Positions 19,655 to 29,037 are shown, numbered from the stretch's first letter. The stretch: 64,000 nt of DNA from an uncultured Candidatus Entotheonella sp. (GCA_951828535.1 OX639990.1:109300-173299), one strand, 5' to 3'. Numbers and translations are program-made. Notes: a model not told the origin generated them from the sequence alone.

Positions 19655-20271
19655 TCCGTCGCTTCTTCCTGCTCCTGTTTGAGGCGCAGCTGTTTGACGA
19701 GGCCGTCGTAGGACGTTCGATGGATGATGTTGTTGAACTGGGTGCGGTAGTTGTTAATCAGGCTGACGCCTTCGATGACGATATCGTACACCACCCAGGG
19801 CGTGTTGCCGCCGCGCTGCAGCAGGCGGTATTCGACCTCCACCTGTGACCCCAGGCGATTGGTGATCACGGTCAGGACCGAGGCAAAGCCCTCGTCATCA
19901 ATCTTTTCCTTGGGGTAGGCGACCTCGCTGCCGGCCCCGGTGCTCTCGATTTTGCCGACGTATGAACGTTCCAGCAGGTCGCTGAACAGGGCGACGAATT
20001 CCTGCCGCTGGTCTGCGCTCAGGTCGCGCCAATGCCGTCCCATGGCGCGCCGAGCCATCTCTTCAAAGCCGAACCGCTGCTGCACCGCCTGGCGCAGCTT
20101 GCCGCGGCGCAATTCCCGACGCTCCGGGGCCTGCAGGGTCTCGTCGCCGAGCACGGACAGTACGTCCTCGACGGTTTCGCGAATCTTGTCCAGAGGTTCC
20201 CCGGCACCGGCGGCCCCCGTCAACAGGCCTAAAACCGCGACCCCGACAACCCATCTGCCCAACATAGTCAT
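19651..20271 (-). CDS. mlaC: MlaC/Ttg2D-family periplasmic lipid-binding protein
   Basis: It has a signal peptide, ..RFGFEEMARRAMGRHWRDLSADQRQEFVALFSDLLERSYV.., and ..PWVVYDIVIEGVSLINNYRTQF... Confidence 0.8.
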   Translation of the reverse strand: MTMLGRWVVGVAVLGLLTGAAGAGEPLDKIRETVEDVLSVLGDETLQAPERRELRRGKLRQAVQQRFGFEEMARRAMGRHWRDLSADQRQEFVALFSDLLERSYVGKIESTGAGSEVAYPKEKIDDEGFASVLTVITNRLGSQVEVEYRLLQRGGNTPWVVYDIVIEGVSLINNYRTQFNNIIHRTSYDGLVKQLRLKQEQEEATD

Positions 20272-20300
20272 GTCCTTATCCCGTCATCAAACACCCTGCC

Positions 20301-21737
20301 TCACCGCACCTGCGGCATCGGCGGCAGCTGCTCCCGCACCGCGGCCACGTCGCGGCCGGCCCGGTGATCGAGCTTGGCGAGGCTCAGGTTGTAGGAGTAA
20401 ACGGCCTGGAAATAGGCGGCGTGCAATTGCGCGTAAGCCAATGCGGCCTCGGCTACGTCCTTGCCCTCGCCAACCCCGAGATCGAAATTGGCCACTGCCG
20501 CCACCAGCCACTGGCGCCCGCTGCGAAACGCCTTGCGGGTCGCGGCGATGTTGGCCTGGTGCTGCTGCAATTCGAGGTACGCCTGCCGTACCTGGAAGGG
20601 GATGCCTTGTTCCGCCAGGGCGTGCTGTTGCTGCACCTGGCCGAGTTCGGCCGCCACCTCATCGACCTTGCCCGCGGTAACGCCAAGGTCGAAGTGCCAG
20701 CGCATGCCAAGCACCGGCGCCAGCACGTCGTCCATCAAGGGATCGTTGAGGAAGGGGTTGCTGAGTCGGTCGCGGTTGGTGGCCTCTGCCAAGTTGCCGA
20801 ACAGCCCCACGAAGACCATCGGGTAGTAATCGGCCTCCGCCGCTGCCAGCAGGCGCTCGAACGCCTGAATACCTTCGCGTGCCTGGACGAATTCGGGCCG
20901 CAGGCGCTGCGCGTCGCTGAGGGATTCATCGAGCGTCGGCGCCTGGCGTTCCAGCGGCTGCAGCCGGGTATCGGCCAGTTGAATGGGCAGCGACGGTTCC
21001 AGCCCCGTCAGGGTGCGCAGGCCCGTCAACGCCAACGCCTTGCCCTGACGGATGTCGTTCAGTTGTTTTTCCAACTGCCCCTGAAAGGTGCGCAGCTTGA
21101 GCAGGTCCACGTTGTCAACGCCGGGCACCCCGGCGTCAAGCTGGCGCTGTACCTTCTTCATGGTGCCGCCGAGCTGAGCGCCGATTTCCAGGGCCAGATT
21201 TTCCAGGGAGACGGCTAGCAGATAACCGTAATACGCCTCGCGCACCAGCATCGCCACTTCCGTCGCCTTCTGGTGCACGCGGGCTTCCTCGACCGCCATG
21301 CCGTGGGTGGCGGCGGCGCGCAGGTTGTTGATTTTACCGAACGCATAAATCGGCTGGATGATATTGAAGGTTGCCAGGCCAAAGACACCCGACACGCTCA
21401 CGGCGTTTTTGGAATCCGGCGACTCGACCTGGTCACCGCGGGCACGGGGCGATGGGCCACCGACGACGGTCACGTCAAGCTGGGCGAAGCGGGCGGCGTC
21501 GGCCTGGGCGCGTTGGCTCTGGCGCATCAGGACGGCAAATTGTTTGGCCTTGATTTCCGGGCTGTTGCGGACCGCCAGCGCCACGGCTTCGTCGACCGTC
21601 AACATTTTAACGGCCGATGGCTCAGTTCGGGCAAACGCTGGTCGAGCGGCCATTGCGACGCACAGAATGACGAGCGCGAGCATCAGGCCGGCGTGAACCC
21701 TGACGCGCTCCAGCGTGTTACTAGACATCATGGTCAC
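20301..21737 (-). CDS. TolC-family outer membrane efflux protein embedded in the mla operon
   Basis: 478 aa with a signal peptide, ..LTVDEAVALAVRNSPEIKAKQF.., and two internal OEP repeats. Confidence 0.85.
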   Translation of the reverse strand: MTMMSSNTLERVRVHAGLMLALVILCVAMAARPAFARTEPSAVKMLTVDEAVALAVRNSPEIKAKQFAVLMRQSQRAQADAARFAQLDVTVVGGPSPRARGDQVESPDSKNAVSVSGVFGLATFNIIQPIYAFGKINNLRAAATHGMAVEEARVHQKATEVAMLVREAYYGYLLAVSLENLALEIGAQLGGTMKKVQRQLDAGVPGVDNVDLLKLRTFQGQLEKQLNDIRQGKALALTGLRTLTGLEPSLPIQLADTRLQPLERQAPTLDESLSDAQRLRPEFVQAREGIQAFERLLAAAEADYYPMVFVGLFGNLAEATNRDRLSNPFLNDPLMDDVLAPVLGMRWHFDLGVTAGKVDEVAAELGQVQQQHALAEQGIPFQVRQAYLELQQHQANIAATRKAFRSGRQWLVAAVANFDLGVGEGKDVAEAALAYAQLHAAYFQAVYSYNLSLAKLDHRAGRDVAAVREQLPPMPQVR

Positions 21738-21738
21738 C

Positions 21739-22179
21739 TTAAATTTTCCCCTGGATAAGTTGAGCGATCATCTCCTCGAAGTCGAGCGGCGGCTCGACCT
21801 CCCGCACACGGCCACCCGCCGGAATCGTCCGGTCGTCGGCGCCCTGGCTCACACGCAAATACTTCTCGCCAATCAACCCGCGCGTGCGAATGGAGACAAT
21901 CGCGTCCGTGCTGAATTGAACGTCCTTTCTCACACGCATGGTGACCACAGCGTCAAAATCGTCCAGTTCGACGCTCTGCACATGGCCCACCGTCACCCCG
22001 GCGATTTCCACCGACGCACCACTGCGCAGCCCGGATACGGTTGGAAAGACGGCTGTCAGCGTGTACATGTTACCCCCGAAAAGCTGCACCCTGGCCAATT
22101 GCACCGACAGATAGGCCAGGCAGCCCAGCCCCACGACGACGAACAAGCCGACAACCGCTTCAAGACGGAGTTGTTTCAT
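21739..22179 (-). CDS. mlaD: MlaD (MCE domain) protein
   Basis: The sequence MKQLRLEAVVGLFVVVGLGCLAYLSV..YTLTAVFPTVSGLRSGASVEIAGVTVGHV..IRTRGLIGEKYL.. carries the MCE domain. A GGGGAGGGG RBS precedes the ATG at 22179. Confidence 0.8.
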   Translation of the reverse strand: MKQLRLEAVVGLFVVVGLGCLAYLSVQLARVQLFGGNMYTLTAVFPTVSGLRSGASVEIAGVTVGHVQSVELDDFDAVVTMRVRKDVQFSTDAIVSIRTRGLIGEKYLRVSQGADDRTIPAGGRVREVEPPLDFEEMIAQLIQGKI

Positions 22180-22207
22180 GTCCCCTCCCCAATGAAACCC
22201 CGCAATG

Positions 22208-22990
22208 CTACGTAGCCGTGAGCGGCCCTTCGAGGCGCCCGGCAATGAACTGCTGCACCACGGGGTTGGCGGATGCCTGGAAGGTGTCCGGCGTGGCGAC
22301 CTCCAACAAGGCGCCCTCGTGCAGCATGGCAACGCGGGAGGCGATCTCGAAAATTCCTGGCACCTCGTGACTGACCACCACCGCGGTGTACTGAAAACGC
22401 TGCTGCGTGTCGGCGATGAGCCGATGGATGGCCCGCACCATGATGGGGTCCAGACCAGTTGTCGGTTCGTCGAACAGCATGATCTCCGGGCGATGCGCCA
22501 AGGCGCGCGCCAAAGCAGCCCGCTTGCGCATGCCGCCGCTCAATTCGGCGGGAAACTTGCCGTCCATGCCTTGCAGGCCGACGCTCTTGAGCACTTCCGT
22601 CACCACCCCGGCGACCTGTCCACGCGACTGCCGCGTCTTCTCTCGCAGCGGGAACGCCACGTTGTCGGCCACGCTCAGCGAATCGAAAAGCGCGCCGCCT
22701 TGAAACAGCATGCCAAACCGCTCGCGCAGGCGCGACAGGCGCCGCCCTCGCGCCCGATGCAGGTCCTCGCCCGCCACCAGCACGGCGCCGCTGTCGGGTT
22801 GCAACAAGCCGATGAGGTTTTTCAGCAGCACGCTTTTGCCGGCGCCGCTGCGGCCGACGATGGCCAGTATCTCGCCGGGCATAACGTCGAGGTCCACGCC
22901 GCGCAACACGACCTGTCGGCCGAAGCGCTTGTACAGGCCCTCGGCGCGGATGACCGGATGGTCCGGGGCCGGCGGCGCGGCTGACGTCAC
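22208..22990 (-). CDS. mlaF: MlaF ABC transporter ATP-binding protein
   Basis: It has Walker A GRSGAGKS, the signature LSGGMRKRAALARAL and Walker B MLFDEPTTGLD. The GTG start overlaps the mlaE stop (GTGA). Confidence 0.9.
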   Translation of the reverse strand: MTSAAPPAPDHPVIRAEGLYKRFGRQVVLRGVDLDVMPGEILAIVGRSGAGKSVLLKNLIGLLQPDSGAVLVAGEDLHRARGRRLSRLRERFGMLFQGGALFDSLSVADNVAFPLREKTRQSRGQVAGVVTEVLKSVGLQGMDGKFPAELSGGMRKRAALARALAHRPEIMLFDEPTTGLDPIMVRAIHRLIADTQQRFQYTAVVVSHEVPGIFEIASRVAMLHEGALLEVATPDTFQASANPVVQQFIAGRLEGPLTAT

Positions 22991-23760
22991 AGCAGCACCG
23001 TGTTGAGAACGTAATCCAGCACCAGGATCAGCACCGCCGAGATCACCACCGCTTCCGTGGTTGCCTTGCTCACGCCCTCGGCGCCGTAGCCCGCGTGATA
23101 GCCCTTGAAACAACAGACGAGCAACACGACAAGCCCGAAGCAAAGGGATTTGTAAACGCCGTTCGTTACGTCCTGCAGATCGACCACGTCCGCGATGCCG
23201 CCGAAATACGTGCCGCGGTTGACGCCGAGGATCAGCACCCCGGCGACGTAGCCGCCCCATATGCCGACGACCGAGAACATGGCGCCGAGCAGCGGCATCA
23301 CCAGGGTACCCGCCACGACGTTCGGCACTGCCACGTAGCGCAACGGGTTCAGGGCCATGACGGTCATGGCGTCGAGTTGCTCCGTGATCCGCATGATGCC
23401 GATTTGCGCCGTAATCGCCGAGCCGGCCCGCGCCGTCACCATGATGGCCGAAAACACCGGCCCTAATTCGGTAATCAGCGTCAGCGACACGAACTGCCCG
23501 AGCAGCGCCTCGGAGCCGAACCGCGTCAGCACGTGAAAGCCCTGCAGACCCAGCACCATGCCGGCGAAGGCGCCCGTCAGGGCGATAACCAGCACGGAGC
23601 GCGCCCCGATGAAGTGCATCTGTTGCACAATGAGCCGCCCCTTCAGCGGCGGCACGACGACAAGCCCCAGCACCCGCGCCACAAAAAACGCGGCCCGTCC
23701 GAGAGCGGCGAGTCGCGTCAGGGTGACACTGCCAAGTTGGGTAAGCACGCCGAGCATCAT
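22987..23760 (-). CDS. mlaE: MlaE ABC transporter permease
   Basis: Polytopic, with ..QMHFIGARSVLVIALTGAFAGMVLGLQG.. and ..GIMRITEQLDAMTVMALNPLRYV... The start is taken at MMLGVL. Confidence 0.85.
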   Translation of the reverse strand: MMLGVLTQLGSVTLTRLAALGRAAFFVARVLGLVVVPPLKGRLIVQQMHFIGARSVLVIALTGAFAGMVLGLQGFHVLTRFGSEALLGQFVSLTLITELGPVFSAIMVTARAGSAITAQIGIMRITEQLDAMTVMALNPLRYVAVPNVVAGTLVMPLLGAMFSVVGIWGGYVAGVLILGVNRGTYFGGIADVVDLQDVTNGVYKSLCFGLVVLLVCCFKGYHAGYGAEGVSKATTEAVVISAVLILVLDYVLNTVLL

Positions 23761-23945
23761 AAGCGCTGTTCGCTGGGCTCCGGGGCGGGGGACCTGTCGC
23801 CCGCAGGCTGGTGGCGACAAAAACGTCGTAAGTCTGAATGATTGCCTAGTCTATTGCAACCAGGCGCGGGGCAACTTTACGGGTGGTCTCTGAAAGGGTC
23901 AACGAAGGAATGGGGAAGTAGGGTTCAGAAAATCCATGAGGGCAC

Positions 23946-24434
23946 TCAAGCGTTCTCTCCAGCCAAATCGAGCACGATCCCGCGGGTTTCTGCACTCAGC
24001 CGGAATCGTAACGCCTGAAGACGAGCCAGAGCGGGTTGAACCGAGTCGAGAATGCCGCGTTCCTTCGCCAACAGCAAGATACCGACTGTCCCCGTAATCT
24101 CCAATCCCATTGCGATGGCATGTCGCCGCGCGTCCCGATCATCCAGCACGAGCAGGGAGTCGGAAGCCTCCAGCCCCAGTGCAAGGACTTCTTTTTCCCC
24201 GCTGCCCAAGTTTGTTGTGGGAGATGACAACTTGCCTGCGTCCACACGCTGCGTTGTTATCCAGGAAAGTTCCGCCAATTCCGGCAGGGGAACGCCCCGC
24301 CTCCGGCCTTCGCTCAGTTCAGCCACCACGGCCGATGGCACCTGCACCGGCCCAAACAGGGTCGGCAGCAAGTGTAGAAGATCAATTTGATGCAGATACT
24401 GGAGCGGTGATGTATTACAGATGACGGCGCGCAT
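23946..24434 (-). CDS. DUF3368-family PIN-like toxin
   Basis: It has ..VICNTSPLQYLHQIDLLHLLPTLFGPVQVPSAVVAEL.. and ..LGSGEKEVLALGLE..LLVLDDRDARRHAIAMGLEITGTVGILLLAKERG... It overlaps the upstream antitoxin gene by 20 nt. Confidence 0.75.
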   Translation of the reverse strand: MRAVICNTSPLQYLHQIDLLHLLPTLFGPVQVPSAVVAELSEGRRRGVPLPELAELSWITTQRVDAGKLSSPTTNLGSGEKEVLALGLEASDSLLVLDDRDARRHAIAMGLEITGTVGILLLAKERGILDSVQPALARLQALRFRLSAETRGIVLDLAGENA

Positions 24435-24681
24435 TGGCCACGTCGTGTTGAATCTCTTCCTCAGACAGGTCAAAGGTGTTGAGGCCGTAGTCCGCCAATT
24501 TGGTCAAGAATAATGCCTTGGGAACGCCTGCCAATGCAGCCGCTGCACCGGTGGACAATCGGCCCATTTCGTAGAGTTTGACGGCAATGAGTATCTTTGC
24601 CTCTTCTCGGAACTCCTCGGGGGTCAAACCCAAGGCCAGCAGGACGTCATCGGAGTAGTCGATGGTCAACGATCTTGTCAC
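24415..24681 (-). CDS. UPF0175-family antitoxin
   Basis: 88 aa with ..EEFREEAKILIAVKLYEMGRLSTGAAAALAGVPKALFLTKLADYGL... Confidence 0.75.
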   Translation of the reverse strand: MTRSLTIDYSDDVLLALGLTPEEFREEAKILIAVKLYEMGRLSTGAAAALAGVPKALFLTKLADYGLNTFDLSEEEIQHDVANARRHL

Positions 24682-24741
24682 ACTGCCATCCTCCTATTTT
24701 GAAAGGGTAGGCCCGGATTGTAGGGCTGCCACGCACGCATA

Positions 24742-25779
24742 TCACCCGCTCAAACCATACTCCTGCTGCAGTCCGGCAATGAGATCCCAGGTGGCGTCCT
24801 CTACGTAGATGCCGTCGCGTTGGCGCTGCTGCGTGGTGCGGAATTCCAGCTCGCCGGGGTAGAGCACTTCGGTGAAGCCTGCTGCCGGCGGCGTGGCTTT
24901 GAGGTAGTCGACGAAGGCGGCGATTTCGCGCTTGAACTCCGACAGGGGCCGGAACGCCTCGACGTCGAACACGGCCAGGAAGGAGCCGTCGTTGTGCCGC
25001 CCTTGCGGGTCGATGCCGAAGCCGAGGCCGGTGAGAATGCCGGACAGGGTTTCGACCATGAAGGAGAGCACGAAGCCCTTGTGTGCCTGATCGCCGCCCA
25101 TGGGCAGGATGGCGCCGCCGTCGTAGTAGACACCGAGGTCGGTGGTGGGATTGCCGTGCTTGTCGATTACCCAACCGGGCGGCGCCGCTTCGCCGCGGCT
25201 GCGGCGCACGGCCAGCTTGCCAGCGGCCACGGCGCTGGTGGCCATGTCGAGGAAGACCGGCCCTTCCAGATCGCTGGGGAAAGCCACTGAGATCGGGTTG
25301 GTTCCGAGACGCGCCTCGCGCCCGCCATATGGCGCCACCGCCTTGGGGCCGCGCCCGGAGTCGCAGGTGATCAGGCCGATCATGCCGGCGCGGGCGGCCA
25401 TCAGCGGGTAATCGGCCAGGCGCCCGACGTGGCTTTGTTGGTAAATGGTAATGGCCGCCACCTGCCGCTCGCGGGCCTTGGCGATGGCCATTTCCATGGC
25501 GCGCGTGGTGACCACGTAGCCGAAGCCCCAGTTGCCGTTGATTCGAGCACTGTTGGGCGTTTCGCGCTCCACTTCCATCGGCGCCCCAGGCACGATGTGG
25601 GACCGTTTGATGCGCGCGATGTAGGTGGGCATCAGAATGATACCGTGCGAGTCGTGCCCGGCGAGGTTCGCCCCCACCAGGTGCTCCATGACGATCTGCG
25701 CTTCCTCTCCGGATGCCCCGGCGGCTTGCAGGATGTCCTCACCAATCCGATGAAGTTCTTGGGGTGCAAGAGTGGGCAT
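24742..25779 (-). CDS. Ldh_2 family (malate/L-lactate/sulfolactate-type) dehydrogenase
   Basis: It has ..LVGANLAGHDSHGIILMPTYI.., ..GFGYVVTTRAMEMAIAKA.., ..QSHVGRLADYPLMAA.., and ..GGDQAHKGFVLSFMVE... Confidence 0.8.
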   Translation of the reverse strand: MPTLAPQELHRIGEDILQAAGASGEEAQIVMEHLVGANLAGHDSHGIILMPTYIARIKRSHIVPGAPMEVERETPNSARINGNWGFGYVVTTRAMEMAIAKARERQVAAITIYQQSHVGRLADYPLMAARAGMIGLITCDSGRGPKAVAPYGGREARLGTNPISVAFPSDLEGPVFLDMATSAVAAGKLAVRRSRGEAAPPGWVIDKHGNPTTDLGVYYDGGAILPMGGDQAHKGFVLSFMVETLSGILTGLGFGIDPQGRHNDGSFLAVFDVEAFRPLSEFKREIAAFVDYLKATPPAAGFTEVLYPGELEFRTTQQRQRDGIYVEDATWDLIAGLQQEYGLSG

Positions 25780-25843
25780 TGCGTTTCCTCCCGGTTGATA
25801 GGTGCCTGGGCTCCCAGGGCTGGTGATGTCGGAATACGCTCCG

Positions 25844-26245
25844 CTAATGCGACCTGATGGCATTCTTCCAAGCGGTTTCAATACGGGCGTGAGCGGCGTT
25901 CAGTTGCTGGGTGAGTTCGGTGGCGTCGGCCTGTCGGAGCGGGTCGGCGTGAAAACGGTCCGGATGACAGCGTTTCAGGTAGGTCTTCCACCGCTTGTTC
26001 GCGTCCGCCAGGGGTGCGCCAAAGGGCAGGTCGAGCAGCCGGTAGGCATCGGCGAGGCCGGCGCTGTAGGGCAGGGGGCTGGTCGGCTGGTGCGGCTCGG
26101 CAGCGTCGTCATGGAGAGGTTCGTCCGGCCAGTCGTCAACTGCCTGCCATGGCGCGGCGGTGGGCGTTGTGAAAAGGTGCCGCTGCAGAAAGTCGTACAG
26201 GTGAGTGCGGGCGTTCTGCGCCAGTCGGTCGAGAATTCCGGGCAC
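25844..26245 (-). CDS. J-domain (DnaJ-like) protein
   Basis: The C-terminal half has ..DAYRLLDLPFGAPLADANKRWKTYLKRCHPDRF... with an HPD motif. Confidence 0.6.
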   Translation of the reverse strand: MPGILDRLAQNARTHLYDFLQRHLFTTPTAAPWQAVDDWPDEPLHDDAAEPHQPTSPLPYSAGLADAYRLLDLPFGAPLADANKRWKTYLKRCHPDRFHADPLRQADATELTQQLNAAHARIETAWKNAIRSH

Positions 26246-26472
26246 GGTTTTTCCTTCGATGTAGGCCGGCTTAGCGAAGCGTAAGCGGACTCCCTTTTCA
26301 TTCGGCTGCGCCTAGCCCAGCATGGTAACAGATTGCCCAGGGCGCCGACAGGCCCGCGCCTGACGCAAGGCTTACCGCCCAAAGAACCTTGACACACGCC
26401 AACGCCGCGTGGTTTAGATAGGCGTCCACGTCTTGAACTTGATCCACAGAATGCCCCTTAGGAGGAAATCCG

Positions 26473-27168
26473 GTGAGCATGACCCTCATCCTTTTCGATA
26501 TCGACGGCACCCTCGTGAGCACCGGCCTCGCAGGGGGGGATGCCATGGGCAGGGCCTTCGAAGAAATCCACGGCGTTGCGGACGCCTTTGCCGGTATCGA
26601 GATGTCCGGCAAAACCGATCCGGCGATCCTGCGGGAAGCCTGGGATGCCGCCGGCGTCGACCCGGCGCAGCGCGATTTGCAGGCGTTTCACGACTGTTAC
26701 GTCGGCCATCTGAAGGACACTCTGAACGAGTCCGACCGTTCGCGCCACCTGAAGCCAGGGCTGCCGGGCTTGCTTGACACCATTGTGGCCAACGACAACG
26801 TTGTCCTGGGGCTGCTGACCGGCAATTTCGTAACCGGGGCACAACTCAAGCTGGAGTCATTCGGCATCCTGCACTACTTCCGCATCGGCGCCTACGGCAG
26901 CGACAACGAGGACCGTAAGGCCCTGGTGCCGGTGGCCCAACTGCGCGCCCGGCAGTACTGCGTGACCTACATTGGGCCGGAGCGTACCTTTGTGATCGGC
27001 GACACGCCGCGCGACATCGATTGCGCGCGGGCGCACGGGGTGCAGGCCGTGGCGGTGGCGACGGGCAATTATTCCCTCGAAGATCTGCAAGCCCATGCGC
27101 CGGACCATTGTTTTGTCGATCTGAGTGACCAACAGGCGGTGCTGCAATACCTGGGGCTCGACGCCTAA
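26473..27168 (+). CDS. HAD-superfamily hydrolase (phosphoglycolate phosphatase-like)
   Basis: HAD motifs are present: LILFDIDGTLV (motif I), ..LGLLTGN.. (motif II) and ..FVIGDTPRDIDCA.. (motif IV). An AGGAGGA RBS lies upstream of the GTG start. Confidence 0.85.
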   Translation: MSMTLILFDIDGTLVSTGLAGGDAMGRAFEEIHGVADAFAGIEMSGKTDPAILREAWDAAGVDPAQRDLQAFHDCYVGHLKDTLNESDRSRHLKPGLPGLLDTIVANDNVVLGLLTGNFVTGAQLKLESFGILHYFRIGAYGSDNEDRKALVPVAQLRARQYCVTYIGPERTFVIGDTPRDIDCARAHGVQAVAVATGNYSLEDLQAHAPDHCFVDLSDQQAVLQYLGLDA

Positions 27169-27190
27169 GCTATCGGTGAGGAGTAGCGCG

Positions 27191-27691
27191 GTGATAGTCG
27201 AAACGGAACCCAACGGCCTGTCGATGGTGCTGTTCAAACTGTATTTCAACCAGCAACGCGCCGACCCGGAGGACCCGTGGGTGCTGGACTACCTGCGAGA
27301 GCAAGGCTTGGAGGCGCGCCGCGAACTGGCGGAGACGCACGAGGGCATCTCCTACAGGGTGCTGCACTTCGGGCAATGCTACCTGGGGCGGCACGTGCCG
27401 ACGTTGCGGGAGCTTTATCAGCGGGGCATTGAATATACGGTGCTGGCGCAACACGTTGGCAATTGCCTGTCCGAGACGGACGACGCCGACATGCGGGCCT
27501 TTGCCGAATCGTCGAGTGCTGACGAGATCGCTGAGGTTGCGGCCACCCTCGCCGCCCGTCTGCACGAGCAGGCGCAATTCGCGGAAACCGCCGAGCACAG
27601 TCTCGGGGTCGCCATTGCGGCCGATGTCATCCGCGAGGCGTTTCTCCACCTGCGGCGCGCGGACGCGCAACCGTCCGACACCGATGGTTAA
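27191..27691 (+). CDS. Hypothetical protein
   Basis: 166 aa with protein-like composition. A GGTGAGGAG RBS precedes the GTG at 27191. No family recognised. Confidence 0.45.
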   Translation: MIVETEPNGLSMVLFKLYFNQQRADPEDPWVLDYLREQGLEARRELAETHEGISYRVLHFGQCYLGRHVPTLRELYQRGIEYTVLAQHVGNCLSETDDADMRAFAESSSADEIAEVAATLAARLHEQAQFAETAEHSLGVAIAADVIREAFLHLRRADAQPSDTDG

Positions 27692-27707
27692 GGGAGAAGC
27701 CGCGGCG

Positions 27708-28775
27708 ATGCAGGTCGACCGTCAGGTACTGGTCGACGCCGAGGCCGTGTGCGTGCAGGCCATTCAAGAAGCCGGCGCGCTGCTGCTGTCATACTTCCGG
27801 CGGCCTCTGGAGGTGAAATTCAAGGAAAAGGGCCAGCAGTCGCCGGTCACCGAGGCGGACCGGCGTTCCGAGATGCTGCTCCGGGACACCCTCAGTCACG
27901 CTTTTCCCGACCACGGCATCATCGGCGAGGAGGCCGAGGACGCCGTCAACCCTGAAGCCGATTACCTGTGGTTCCTCGACCCTCTTGACGGCACCACGAA
28001 CTTTGCGGCCGGCCTGCCCGCCTTCGCGGTCTCCATGGGCCTGTGCTTTCGCGGCGTGCCGGTGCTCGGCGTCGTCGCGGTGCCGTGGGAGGGTCCGGGC
28101 GGCACGGTTTTCCGCGCCCATGTGGGCGGCGGCGCATATTGCAATGACGAGCCCATGCAGGCAGCCGGGGACGACGTGCCGGACGGCATGCGGCTCGCCA
28201 GCACGCCGGGTTGGATGCTGCACCAGTATCGCGTGCAGCGCGGTGCCAAGGTGCAGCGCCTCAACGTGCGCTCGGCCGGCAGCATCGCCTACGAGTTGGC
28301 CTACGCGGCGCGCGGCACGTTTCAGTTGACCGTCATTAGCGGCGCGCGCCTGTGGGACATGGTAGCCGGCGCCGTGCTCGTTCAGGAAGCCGGCGGCGCC
28401 GTGTTGTTCTGCAACGGCAAGGCGCGCCGCTGGGATGCGTGGGAAGCGTTCCAGCGTCAGGCCCTGTCGGCGCCGTTCGGCCAGGACGCCGCGGCGCTGC
28501 GCAAGCTGCACGTCTACATGCTGGCGGGCAACGCGCAGATCGTCCGCGAGCGCGCCGGCCAGATCGCCTTGCGGCGGCTTCCCGGCCCGCTCGCCAAGCT
28601 GCGCCGGCGCGGTCGCAAGCTGTTGGGAAAATTGAAGGGCGGGGAGGCCGGGCCATCTCAACCGGGCGGCGCATCGCACACCAATTCAAACCCGAATGGA
28701 GGTCTCGAGAATGGACAAGAAAGGGCTGTTCATCGTCATGGCGAAGGTGAAGCCGGAAGCGGAGGAGGCGTTTAA
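27708..28775 (+). CDS. Inositol monophosphatase (SuhB/CysQ) family protein with unusual basic/Gly-rich C-terminal tail
   Basis: It has ..SPVTEADRRSEMLL.. and ..WFLDPLDGTTNF.. (the WxxDPxDGT motif), plus ..WDMVAGAVLVQEAGG... The ~70-aa tail overlaps the next ORF. Confidence 0.8.
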   Translation: MQVDRQVLVDAEAVCVQAIQEAGALLLSYFRRPLEVKFKEKGQQSPVTEADRRSEMLLRDTLSHAFPDHGIIGEEAEDAVNPEADYLWFLDPLDGTTNFAAGLPAFAVSMGLCFRGVPVLGVVAVPWEGPGGTVFRAHVGGGAYCNDEPMQAAGDDVPDGMRLASTPGWMLHQYRVQRGAKVQRLNVRSAGSIAYELAYAARGTFQLTVISGARLWDMVAGAVLVQEAGGAVLFCNGKARRWDAWEAFQRQALSAPFGQDAAALRKLHVYMLAGNAQIVRERAGQIALRRLPGPLAKLRRRGRKLLGKLKGGEAGPSQPGGASHTNSNPNGGLENGQERAVHRHGEGEAGSGGGV

Positions 28776-29037
28776 CCGCTGGTACAACGAGGACCATCTG
28801 CCCAAGGCGCTGGAACGCTTTCCCGGCGTGGTCAGCGGGCGGCGCTACCAGATCATGGAAGGCGAGGATGAGTATCGCTTCATGACCATGTATGAGTTCG
28901 AGACCTACGAAGCGATGCAGAAAGCGGTGAATTCGGAGGCCATCCAGGGGTTGATCAAGGAGTTCGACGAGGCGTTCGGCAAAGGCGGGCGCAAGAAGCT
29001 GCTGGCCGTCCAGCTCAAGGCCCTCGCCGTCGGCTGA
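28711..29037 (+). CDS. Small ferredoxin-fold (DUF4286/EthD-like) protein
   Basis: The sequence MDKKGLFIVMAKVKPEAEEAFNRWYNEDHLPKALERFPGVVSGRRYQ..YRFMTMYEFETYEAM.. fits this fold. The family assignment is tentative. Confidence 0.5.
   Translation: MDKKGLFIVMAKVKPEAEEAFNRWYNEDHLPKALERFPGVVSGRRYQIMEGEDEYRFMTMYEFETYEAMQKAVNSEAIQGLIKEFDEAFGKGGRKKLLAVQLKALAVG

Noticed and set aside
26389-26420. TTGACA box upstream of the HAD hydrolase gene, as a promoter
   Set aside because: The -35 is perfect, but the only -10-like hexamers (TTTAGA/TAGATA) lie at 18-20-nt spacing. This is too ambiguous to report as a feature.
27429-27707. 5' extension of the inositol-monophosphatase ORF (track start 27429), overlapping the upstream hypothetical gene
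   Set aside because: The extension is Arg/Pro/Ser-rich with no homology features. The family N-terminus starts at MQVDRQVL.. (27708), immediately after the stop of the upstream ORF.
28560-28775. The ~70-aa basic/Gly-rich C-terminal tail of the IMPase-family protein, as a possible fused domain
   Set aside because: I cannot tell whether this is a genuine disordered tail or read-through after loss of the ancestral stop. It overlaps the next gene by ~65 nt and has no recognisable motif. It is noted in the feature only.
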